Sequence record: MT129652.1
DNA: 64,000 bases
Reading direction: 5' to 3' (one strand)
Source of the DNA: Escherichia phage MN01
This document shows, in pieces, positions 54,951 to 64,000 of this stretch; within the stretch, counting starts at the first letter, position 1, and every line of letters starts with the position of its first letter. Under the pieces are notes generated by a model. It worked only from the letters and a program-made list of their open reading frames with translations, was not told the DNA's origin and searched no databases. A program made the translations under genes and the position numbers.

Positions 54951-54985
54951 TATACAAACAAACGGGAACATGATAATATGTTCCC
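54951..54985 (+). promoter_or_regulatory. early promoter cassette with -10 hexamer as hairpin loop
   Basis: TATACA -35; perfect GGGAACAT-gataat-ATGTTCCC inverted repeat. Confidence 0.45.
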
Positions 54986-55009
54986 TCAATTGAATATGAG
55001 GAAATTAAA

Positions 55010-55372
55010 ATGGAAACTGGTAAATTTTACGTATTAGACCCTGCTGCCAAAAAACAATTCATCGCTGGTAGTCCTGATGATAATTCGTGCATCGTCAAGT
55101 TGATGGAACAACACGGTAATTCCTTCAAAGTCCTGGATATGTGTTATATTGAAGGTGATTATTTTGTTGAAAAAGTTGAAATGAAAGATGGTACCATTCT
55201 GAATAGTATGGGTGATTCTGATGAGTACTTTGAACTTGGTGAATGGGAATTCCAACATTTCATGGAAGTTGATGGCGATGCACCTGTTGATACCCAAACC
55301 ATTCATGTGCAGGTAAATCACAAAAATGCGGCAGAAGTTGTTGCCTTGATTAAAGCAACTTTTGGAATTTAA
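55010..55372 (+). CDS. hypothetical protein (paralog family B)
   Basis: 120 aa; paralog of 54297..54659. Confidence 0.55.
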   Translation: METGKFYVLDPAAKKQFIAGSPDDNSCIVKLMEQHGNSFKVLDMCYIEGDYFVEKVEMKDGTILNSMGDSDEYFELGEWEFQHFMEVDGDAPVDTQTIHVQVNHKNAAEVVALIKATFGI

Positions 55373-55373
55373 C

Positions 55374-55628
55374 ATGACTAAAGATGATTTCCTGGATGCA
55401 GTGGAAAAAGCCAGTGAACAATTTGAAGTGATGGGTGTGCGTTTGCATAAAGACAGAAATTATGGTCTGGATGTTCAAACCTACTCATTATGGCTTGTGG
55501 GTGAGCACAGTCTTGCAACCAATCTTGTTATGGGTGTAGATACATATCCTTTATTAGTTAAGTTCAGAAGTATGGAAAAAGCCAACAAGGAAATGATTAA
55601 ACTTGGCAAATGGCTTGATAAAATTTAA
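55374..55628 (+). CDS. hypothetical protein
   Basis: 84 aa from ATG after previous stop. Confidence 0.45.
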   Translation: MTKDDFLDAVEKASEQFEVMGVRLHKDRNYGLDVQTYSLWLVGEHSLATNLVMGVDTYPLLVKFRSMEKANKEMIKLGKWLDKI

Positions 55629-55635
55629 AAAGTAG

Positions 55636-55664
55636 TGTACAACCAAATGGGGCTATGACATAAT
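55636..55664 (+). promoter_or_regulatory. early promoter cassette
   Basis: AAAAGTAGTGTACA, 17 bp, CATAAT; leader CCCATACTGAGTTAACAA. Confidence 0.55.
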
Positions 55665-55705
55665 GGTCCCATACTGAGTTAACAACTAAAACACTGGAGA
55701 ATAAA

Positions 55706-55945
55706 ATGAAATTACAACGTGAGAGCATCAAAGATTCAGAAGTTAAAGGCAAATGGTACTTCACAATCCAAGGTAACAATCCAGAAGCTCTGGAAAAAGC
55801 TGAACAAGCTTTGTGTGAAATGGGTTGGAAAGATGAGTGTGATGGTTGCCCTCTTTATGAAGATGGTAGCTCATCCGGTTTCTGGATTTACCACTCTGAC
55901 GTTGACCAATTTAAAGCTGACTGGAAAGTTGCCAAGAAAGCGTGA
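55706..55945 (+). CDS. hypothetical protein
   Basis: 79 aa; SD GGAG; promoter cassette upstream. Confidence 0.5.
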   Translation: MKLQRESIKDSEVKGKWYFTIQGNNPEALEKAEQALCEMGWKDECDGCPLYEDGSSSGFWIYHSDVDQFKADWKVAKKA

Positions 55946-55955
55946 GGAAAATATA

Positions 55956-57731
<1,776 letters not shown>

Positions 57732-57732
<1 letters not shown>

Positions 57733-57929
57733 TGAATATTCGTATAGTAAACAATAGATACGGCACCAATGAGGTGCTGTTTGAAAAAATGAATATAAGT
57801 CTCGATGAACTGCCTAAAGAGAAAACAACTATTTTTGTTCAGGGCAAAGAACTTTATGTTATGCGCGTGATTAAATCGTATGAATATGATGATTTCAATC
57901 GGTCTATCTGGTTTATTGTCGAGGTCTAA
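57732..57929 (+). CDS. hypothetical protein
   Basis: 65 aa; ATGA coupling to td. Confidence 0.4.
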
Positions 57930-57990
57930 TGAAAATTCAAATTGCTGGTATTTTGTTTTTGGTCGTAATGGTCGGGCTTAACTTCCTACT

Positions 57991-58290
57991 ATGAAAGCCT
58001 GTCGGGTTGTTAACAAATATCAATCCGACTTTGATGTGAATATTCAACGGGGTACCATGTGGGGAAATCCATATAAAGATGGTACCCGAGAAGAAAACAT
58101 AAAGAACTTTAAAGAATATTTCATAGCAAAGATTAAATCGGGTGAAATCAAAAGAGAACACCTTGAAACCCTTCGCGGAATGCGATTAGCGTGTACATGC
58201 AAACCGAAAGCATGTCATGGCGATGTTATCGCTCTGGTCGTTAACAAACTTTTCAAAGACACCTTTTCGCTCGAGGATTTGGGTGCATAA
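57991..58290 (+). CDS. hypothetical protein with CxC..P..CH.D motif
   Basis: 99 aa; WGNPY ... ACTCKPKACHGD resembles small conserved phage/bacterial proteins of unknown function. Confidence 0.45.
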   Translation: MKACRVVNKYQSDFDVNIQRGTMWGNPYKDGTREENIKNFKEYFIAKIKSGEIKREHLETLRGMRLACTCKPKACHGDVIALVVNKLFKDTFSLEDLGA

Positions 58291-58299
58291 ATACGATTC

Positions 58300-58323
58300 C
58301 GCTTCAGGGCACCGTGATATAAT
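58300..58323 (+). promoter_or_regulatory. possible MotA-box-like promoter
   Basis: CGCTTCA (one mismatch), 12 bp, TATAAT. Confidence 0.3.
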
Positions 58324-58349
58324 TATTTAAAATTTAATGAGAGGAAATT

Positions 58350-58595
58350 ATGAATTTACGATTTAAACGCCAGTCAGGTGAAGTCATTTTTGAAATGCCA
58401 CAATTTACCGAACAGGATTTACCTGCCCCAAATTCTTATATCACTATTGACGGAATCAAATTTCTGGCCAAACGACATGAACGTGTCTACTGTCATGATT
58501 CAGCCGGTGATGTCCAGTCATATTTTGACATCACTGTTCAGTCAGAAGAAGAATATAATGATGAAATGACTTCGGAACTACCAGAGACAATTTAA
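58350..58595 (+). CDS. hypothetical protein
   Basis: 81 aa; SD GAGAGG. Confidence 0.45.
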   Translation: MNLRFKRQSGEVIFEMPQFTEQDLPAPNSYITIDGIKFLAKRHERVYCHDSAGDVQSYFDITVQSEEEYNDEMTSELPETI

Positions 58596-58628
58596 GGTTC
58601 CCAACCCTTTTGAACTATAGAGGAAAAC

Positions 58629-60884
58629 ATGCAAGTACAAAAAAGTAGTGGTGTATCTCAAGATTTTGATGGCCAAAAAATTATTAAAGTTCTTTCCTGG
58701 TCATGTGAAGGAACTAATATCGACCCATACGAATTATACGAAACAATTAAACCACATCTGCGCGATGGTATGACTACTCGCGATATTCAGACGGTTATCA
58801 TCAAAGTATCTGCTGGGCTTATCTCGGTTGAAGAACCAGATTACCAATATGTTGCAGCGAAGGCTACGATGTTTGCTCTGCGTAAAGATGTTTATGGACA
58901 ATTTGAGCCACGTTCTTTTATTGACCAGATTTCTTATTGTGTTAATGAAGGTAAATATGACCCAGAGCTATTATCAAGCTACTCGGCTGAAGAGATTACT
59001 TACCTGGAATCTCGTATTAAGCACGAACGCGATTTTGACCTGACTTATGCAGGCGCGATGCAGCTTAAAGAGAAATACCTGGTTAAAGATAAAACCACTG
59101 GGAAAATCTATGAGACTCCGCAATTCGCTATCATGGCTATCGGCATGGCACTGCACCAGGATGAACCAACGGACCGCCTGAAGCATGTTTGCCGTTTTTA
59201 TGATGCAGTATCCACGCGACAGGTTTCGTTGCCCACACCTATCATGGCGGGCGCCAGAACACCTACCAGGCAGTTCAGTTCCTGTGTGGTTATCGAAGCT
59301 GCTGACTCCCTGAAGTCAATCAATAAGACTGCTAACTCAATCATCGAATATATCAGTAAGCGTGCAGGTATCGGCATCAACGTTGGCATGATTCGTGCCG
59401 AGGGTTCGAAAATCGGTATGGGCGAAGTCAAGCATACTGGTGTTATTCCGTTCTGGAAACATTTCCAAACGGCTGTTAAATCATGTTCACAAGGTGGAAT
59501 CCGTGGCGGCGCTGCTACTGCTTATTATCCTATTTGGCATTTGGAAGTTGAAAATTTACTCGTTCTGAAGAACAACAAGGGCGTTGAAGAAAACCGCATC
59601 AGACATATGGACTATGGTGTCCAGCTGAATAACCTGATGATGGAACGACTGGCTAAGAATGATTACATCACTCTGTTTAGTCCGCACGAAGCTGGCGGTG
59701 AATTGTATTATTCATATTTTGATAACCCGGATAAATTCCGCGAGTTATATGAAGCCTTAGAAAAAGACCCGACAGTTCGTAAGAAGCGCATCAAAGCAAA
59801 AGATGTATTTGAATTATTCATGACCGAACGTTCCGGGACAGCCAGGGTTTATCCACAGTTCGTTGATAACGTGAATGACTACACCCCGTTCATCCGTGAT
59901 AAGGCTCCAATTCGTCAATCAAACCTTTGCTGCGAAATTGCAATCCCGACCACTGATGTAAACAGCGAAGATGCTGAAATCGGATTGTGCACATTGTCTG
60001 CATTTGTTCTGGATAGTTTTGACTGGCAGGACCAAGATAAAATTAACGAGCTGGCCGAAGTACAAGTTCGTGCTCTTGATAACCTGTTGGACTACCAGGG
60101 GTATCCGGTTAAAGAAGCTCTGAAAGCCAAAAAACGGCGCAACCTGGGTGTTGGGGTTACTAACTATGCTGCATGGCTGGCAAGTAATTTCGCTTCATAC
60201 GCTGATGCAAATGATTTAACACACGAACTATTTGAGAGATTACAATATGGCCTTATCCGTGCATCAATCAAGCTCGCCAAAGAAAAAGGACCTTGCGAAT
60301 ATTATTCAGACACTCGTTGGGCTCGAGGCGAATTACCTATCGACTGGTACAATAAAAAGATTGACCAAATCGCAGCTCCAAACTACGTTTGCGACTGGGC
60401 GTTGCTGCGGGAAGACCTGGTTGCACACGGCATCCGTAATAGCACCTTATCTGCGCTCATGCCTTGCGAGTCGAGCAGCCAAGTTTCCAACTCTACAAAC
60501 GGTATCGAACCTCCGCGCGGTCCAGTAAGTATCAAGGAAAGTAAAGAAGGTTCCTTTAATCAGGTTGTTCCAAATATCGAGCACAATAAAGGATTGTATG
60601 ATTACGCATGGGTGCTGGCTAAGCAAGGCAACAAACCTTATCTGACTCAAGTCGCGATTATGTTGAAATGGATTTGTCAGTCAGCATCGGCAAATACGTA
60701 TTATGACCCGCAGAATTATCCGAAAGGAAAAGTTCCGATGTCAGTTATGCTTGACGACTTGATGTACTTCTGGTATTTTGGTGGTAAAAACCTTTATTAT
60801 CATAACACTAGAGATGGTTCCGGTACAGACGATTACGAAATCGAAGCTCCTAAAGCAGAAGACTGCTCCGCCTGTAAACTTTGA
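58629..60884 (+). CDS. nrdA: ribonucleotide reductase large subunit NrdA (class Ia)
   Basis: 751 aa; N-terminal ATP-cone, catalytic NLCCEI and C-terminal Cys pair; synteny. Confidence 0.93.
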   Translation: MQVQKSSGVSQDFDGQKIIKVLSWSCEGTNIDPYELYETIKPHLRDGMTTRDIQTVIIKVSAGLISVEEPDYQYVAAKATMFALRKDVYGQFEPRSFIDQISYCVNEGKYDPELLSSYSAEEITYLESRIKHERDFDLTYAGAMQLKEKYLVKDKTTGKIYETPQFAIMAIGMALHQDEPTDRLKHVCRFYDAVSTRQVSLPTPIMAGARTPTRQFSSCVVIEAADSLKSINKTANSIIEYISKRAGIGINVGMIRAEGSKIGMGEVKHTGVIPFWKHFQTAVKSCSQGGIRGGAATAYYPIWHLEVENLLVLKNNKGVEENRIRHMDYGVQLNNLMMERLAKNDYITLFSPHEAGGELYYSYFDNPDKFRELYEALEKDPTVRKKRIKAKDVFELFMTERSGTARVYPQFVDNVNDYTPFIRDKAPIRQSNLCCEIAIPTTDVNSEDAEIGLCTLSAFVLDSFDWQDQDKINELAEVQVRALDNLLDYQGYPVKEALKAKKRRNLGVGVTNYAAWLASNFASYADANDLTHELFERLQYGLIRASIKLAKEKGPCEYYSDTRWARGELPIDWYNKKIDQIAAPNYVCDWALLREDLVAHGIRNSTLSALMPCESSSQVSNSTNGIEPPRGPVSIKESKEGSFNQVVPNIEHNKGLYDYAWVLAKQGNKPYLTQVAIMLKWICQSASANTYYDPQNYPKGKVPMSVMLDDLMYFWYFGGKNLYYHNTRDGSGTDDYEIEAPKAEDCSACKL

Positions 60885-60922
60885 TATAATTATGCTCATG
60901 GATGAGCTATTGAGGAAATAAA

Positions 60923-62101
60923 ATGAGTACAGTTTTTAATACCACTCCGGTGGATGTTTTAGCCGAGCCAATGTTCTTCGGTTCAGGATTGGGAATTGCC
61001 CGTTATGATATCCAGCGTCATAAAGTTTTCGAAGAATTAACAGAAAAGCAATTATCATTCTTCTGGCGTCCAGAGGAAGTAAACCTGATGATGGACGGAG
61101 CCCAATTTAATAAGCTTCCTGAACATCAACAAAATATTTTTACCAACAACCTGAAGTACCAATCACTCCTGGATAGTATCCAGGGTCGTGCTCCAGCTGC
61201 AGCATTAGCCGCATTAGTTTCTGACCCAAGTCTTGATACATGGATTCAGACCTGGACATTCAGCGAGACAATTCACTCTCGTTCTTATACGCACATCATG
61301 CGAAATCTCTATACGGACCCGGCGAAGGTATTCGACGAAATCCTATTAGATGATGCAATCATGAAGCGAGCAGAATCCATTGGCCATTACTATGATGATG
61401 TTCTGAATAAAACTCGTCAATGGCAAAACCAGATTGCTTTTGTTGAACTGGCCAAAGAAACTCCCGAAGCGGACGAACGTTTGGAACGAGCTATCAAACA
61501 AGAAGCTATCGCCAAACGAGCATTGATGAAGTCTCTTTATCTCTGCCTGCATGTCATTAATGCCCTGGAAGCCATTCGTTTTTATGTATCTTTTGCCTGT
61601 ACTTTCAACTTCCATAAGAACATGGAAATCATGGAAGGCAATGCGAAGATAATGAAGTTCATCGCCCGTGATGAACAGCTCCACCTTAAGGGGACCCAAT
61701 ATATTCTTCGTCAGCTGCAGACTGGTGTTGACGGTGACGAATGGGTTAAAATCGCTCACGAATGTGAAGCAGAAGCCGCAGCCATTTTCATGGAAGTTAA
61801 TCGCCAGGAAAAAGAATGGGCCGTGCATCTGTTTAAAGATGGTGGACTCCCTGGGTTGAGCGTCGAGATTCTTAACCGGTTCATCGATTACCTTACGGTT
61901 TCTCGTATGAAGCAATGCGGCCTCCCGTGTGAAATCGTGTTAGAATCTACTAAGCACCCGATTCCATGGATTCGCGAATATCTTAACTCTGACAATGTGC
62001 AATCAGCACCACAAGAAGTTGAGTTGTCTGCTTACCTGGTAGCCCAGATTGACAATGACGTCGATGAGAACGTTCTTGCTGGTTTCCGTAAATATCTATA
62101 A
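60923..62101 (+). CDS. nrdB: ribonucleotide reductase small subunit NrdB (uninterrupted)
   Basis: 392 aa; di-iron ligand ExxH motifs; continuous ORF. Confidence 0.93.
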   Translation: MSTVFNTTPVDVLAEPMFFGSGLGIARYDIQRHKVFEELTEKQLSFFWRPEEVNLMMDGAQFNKLPEHQQNIFTNNLKYQSLLDSIQGRAPAAALAALVSDPSLDTWIQTWTFSETIHSRSYTHIMRNLYTDPAKVFDEILLDDAIMKRAESIGHYYDDVLNKTRQWQNQIAFVELAKETPEADERLERAIKQEAIAKRALMKSLYLCLHVINALEAIRFYVSFACTFNFHKNMEIMEGNAKIMKFIARDEQLHLKGTQYILRQLQTGVDGDEWVKIAHECEAEAAAIFMEVNRQEKEWAVHLFKDGGLPGLSVEILNRFIDYLTVSRMKQCGLPCEIVLESTKHPIPWIREYLNSDNVQSAPQEVELSAYLVAQIDNDVDENVLAGFRKYL

Positions 62102-62103
62102 GG

Positions 62104-62123
62104 AAAGGGCTTCGGCCCTTTTT
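62104..62123 (+). terminator. rho-independent terminator after nrdB
   Basis: AAAGGGC-ttcg-GCCCTTTTT. Confidence 0.65.
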
Positions 62124-62127
62124 GTCT

Positions 62128-62538
62128 ATGAAACAAATCGCTGACGAATACAGTTTTATAAAATACGCGGAGTTAGAGTTAGTCGATGGTAAAATCCCTA
62201 TCCTTACTCTCGCAAACAAGAAAAATGTTATCTATGCTATTTCAGTTGATGATGAACTAGTGTATATTGGTAAGACGAACAACCTTAAGAAGCGTATCAA
62301 CTATTACCGGACTGCAATTAACCGAATCGAACAGACGAGTGATTCAAACAAATCCCGGATGATACATGAAGCTTTACAAGAAGGCAAAAAGGTGGTATTC
62401 TATGCACGACAATGTTTCAATCTGTCAATGACCAATGAACTTGGTACGATGTCAGTCGAAACGATGTCTCTGGAAGAGCCGATGTTCATCAAGCTTTTTA
62501 ATCCCCCGTGGAATTACCAACATAAGGTGAAGAAATGA
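62128..62538 (+). CDS. denA: endonuclease II DenA (GIY-YIG-like)
   Basis: Matches recalled T4 DenA (EYSFIKY, VYIGKTxNLxKRINYYRTAINR, FYARQCFNLSMTNELGTM); start ATG 62128. Confidence 0.85.
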   Translation: MKQIADEYSFIKYAELELVDGKIPILTLANKKNVIYAISVDDELVYIGKTNNLKKRINYYRTAINRIEQTSDSNKSRMIHEALQEGKKVVFYARQCFNLSMTNELGTMSVETMSLEEPMFIKLFNPPWNYQHKVKK

Positions 62539-63671
62539 TTGAATTATATGATAACTTAATGAAGCTTTGCGCCGAATCTGATAAAGGTAAGTTTTTCTAT
62601 ACGGATTTTGTTTCTCCATTTGAAACTAAGTTCCGCATCTTTAGCTATAACTATGCTTCCTATAGTGATTGGCTCCTTGATGATGCGCTGGAGTGCCGTG
62701 GCATTATGTTTGAAATGGGTGACAATGGTCCAGTTCGCATTGCTGCTCGTCCTATGGAAAAATTCTTTAATCTGGGTGAGAATCCAATGACCATGGACCT
62801 TAACCTTGATGAGGTTGTCCTGGTTACTGCAAAAGCTGATGGTAGCTTGGTTTCTACTTATATGGACCAGACTAATATCGCCTTTAAATCTAAAGGGTCA
62901 ATCAAAAGTTCCCAAGCTGCTGAATCCTTGCAGGTGTTTAAACAAGAGCATCGCAGTGCATTCAGGGCTCGCGTAACTGAAATTACTGAAGCTGGTTATA
63001 CATGCAATATGGAATATGTTGCACCGACCAACCGCATTGTTTTGCCTTACCAGGAACGTGACCTGATTTTGCTGAACGTTCGTCATAATGAAACGGGTGA
63101 ATATATCCCCTATCAGGAACTGTTCAAAGATGCTGCACTCCGTCCTTTCCTGGTTGAAGCATATGACCCGGCAACCATTGAGAATGTTCGCGGTATGAAA
63201 GAGATTGAAGGCTTCGTCTATGAGATGGCTAACGGTCAGAAGTTCAAGATGAAAACAGAATGGTATTGTGCTCTGCATCATACTAAAGACTCCATTAATA
63301 ATAATGAGCGACTGTTTGAAGTTGTTGTTGCTGGCGGGGCAGATGATGTTATTGCCATGTTTACTGGCGATACTTATGCTCGTGAAAAAGTTACTGCCTT
63401 TACTGTAACGCATCTGGATTATCTGTCCAATACACTGGGATTGTTGCTTGATGCTCAGAAACAATTGGCAGGAAAAGACCGACGCGAGTTTGCGATTAAA
63501 GGTCAAGAGTTATGCAAACCATACCCGGGATTGTTCTCCGTATTAATGAACACCTATCAACGCCCACAGGAAACTGAACAAACGATTGCTCAAATCAATA
63601 AAGTTTTCCTTAAAAATCATAAACTTTACATTCCGTTGGACTACCAAGCGGAAGTAATCCTTCCTGAATAA
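62535..63671 (+). CDS. rnlA: RNA ligase 1 (gp63, tail-fibre attachment)
   Basis: 378 aa; RIFSYNYASYSDWLL, ECRGIMFEM and KxDG adenylation motif (AKADGSL) match recalled T4 Rnl1. Confidence 0.88.
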   Translation: MIELYDNLMKLCAESDKGKFFYTDFVSPFETKFRIFSYNYASYSDWLLDDALECRGIMFEMGDNGPVRIAARPMEKFFNLGENPMTMDLNLDEVVLVTAKADGSLVSTYMDQTNIAFKSKGSIKSSQAAESLQVFKQEHRSAFRARVTEITEAGYTCNMEYVAPTNRIVLPYQERDLILLNVRHNETGEYIPYQELFKDAALRPFLVEAYDPATIENVRGMKEIEGFVYEMANGQKFKMKTEWYCALHHTKDSINNNERLFEVVVAGGADDVIAMFTGDTYAREKVTAFTVTHLDYLSNTLGLLLDAQKQLAGKDRREFAIKGQELCKPYPGLFSVLMNTYQRPQETEQTIAQINKVFLKNHKLYIPLDYQAEVILPE

Positions 63672-63676
63672 TAAAA

Positions 63677-63700
63677 AAGGGGTGTACAAGCCCCTTCTTT
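63677..63700 (+). terminator. hairpin/weak terminator after rnlA, fused to promoter -35
   Basis: AAAAAGGGG-tgtacaa-GCCCCTTCTTT. Confidence 0.45.
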
Positions 63701-63711
63701 CTATACATAAT
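63683..63711 (+). promoter_or_regulatory. PeSL-like early promoter cassette
   Basis: Hairpin-embedded TGTACA, 17 bp, CATAAT; leader CCATCAACTACTGATGAGGA. Confidence 0.5.
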
Positions 63712-63742
63712 GGTTCCATCAACTACTGATGAGGACCAAAAC

Positions 63743-63976
63743 ATGTTAAACTTAATTACAAATGACAGAGTTACACAGGCATATGGTGACAGAAATGATG
63801 GAATCTATGTCTACAAGGGAGACCGCCGGATTGGTTTCATTACTGACCTGAAGGCCAAATTGTTAAAAGAATTGAAAGCTCAAACAAGTGATTCTGGGTT
63901 TAGAGCAAGAGCCAAAAAGAAAGATGAGCGCCTGGGTGCCAACTCTTTTGGTCCCCGGGGTTACAACCGCTACTAA
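63743..63976 (+). CDS. hypothetical protein
   Basis: 77 aa from SD-preceded ATG; track ORF 63710 reads through the leader. Confidence 0.45.
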   Translation: MLNLITNDRVTQAYGDRNDGIYVYKGDRRIGFITDLKAKLLKELKAQTSDSGFRARAKKKDERLGANSFGPRGYNRY

Positions 63977-64000
63977 TGAGGAAAATATTATGGATATGCA

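Overview
This 64 kb window is a T4-type (Tevenvirinae-like) myophage genome segment; gene identities rest on recalled T4 protein sequences, motifs and conserved gene order, with no database search run. Plus strand carries the replication/early module: 45-44-62-regA-43, imm, uvsX-40-41, an ORF island, primase 61, dCTPase 56, soc, two ADP-ribosyltransferases, dda, dexA, a fused topoisomerase gene 39(+60), rIIA-rIIB, a long island of small early ORFs, ndd, 52, motA and asiA. Minus strand carries the late lysis/tail-fibre block t-38-37-36-35-34 (T2-type gp38 adhesin). Plus strand then resumes with rnh-dsbA-33-59-32, frd-td-nrdA-nrdB-denA-rnlA. Intergenic regions hold repeated early-promoter cassettes (TGTACA/TTTACA -35, 17 bp, TATAAT-like -10) often fused to GC hairpins (PeSL-like), MotA-box middle promoters, TATAAATA late promoters and CUUCGG-type terminators. 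The most interesting candidates are the rIIB-ndd island (HNH-AP2 endonuclease, a PD-(D/E)xK-motif protein, many orphan ORFs), an antisense pair of small membrane proteins after the primase gene, paralogous orphan families, junction duplications, and the absence of dCMP hydroxymethylase/beta-gt from their canonical imm-uvsX position. No rRNA, tRNA or CRISPR was recognised. Coordinates of non-coding motifs and of small ORFs absent from the ORF track were counted by eye and may be off by 1-2 nt.
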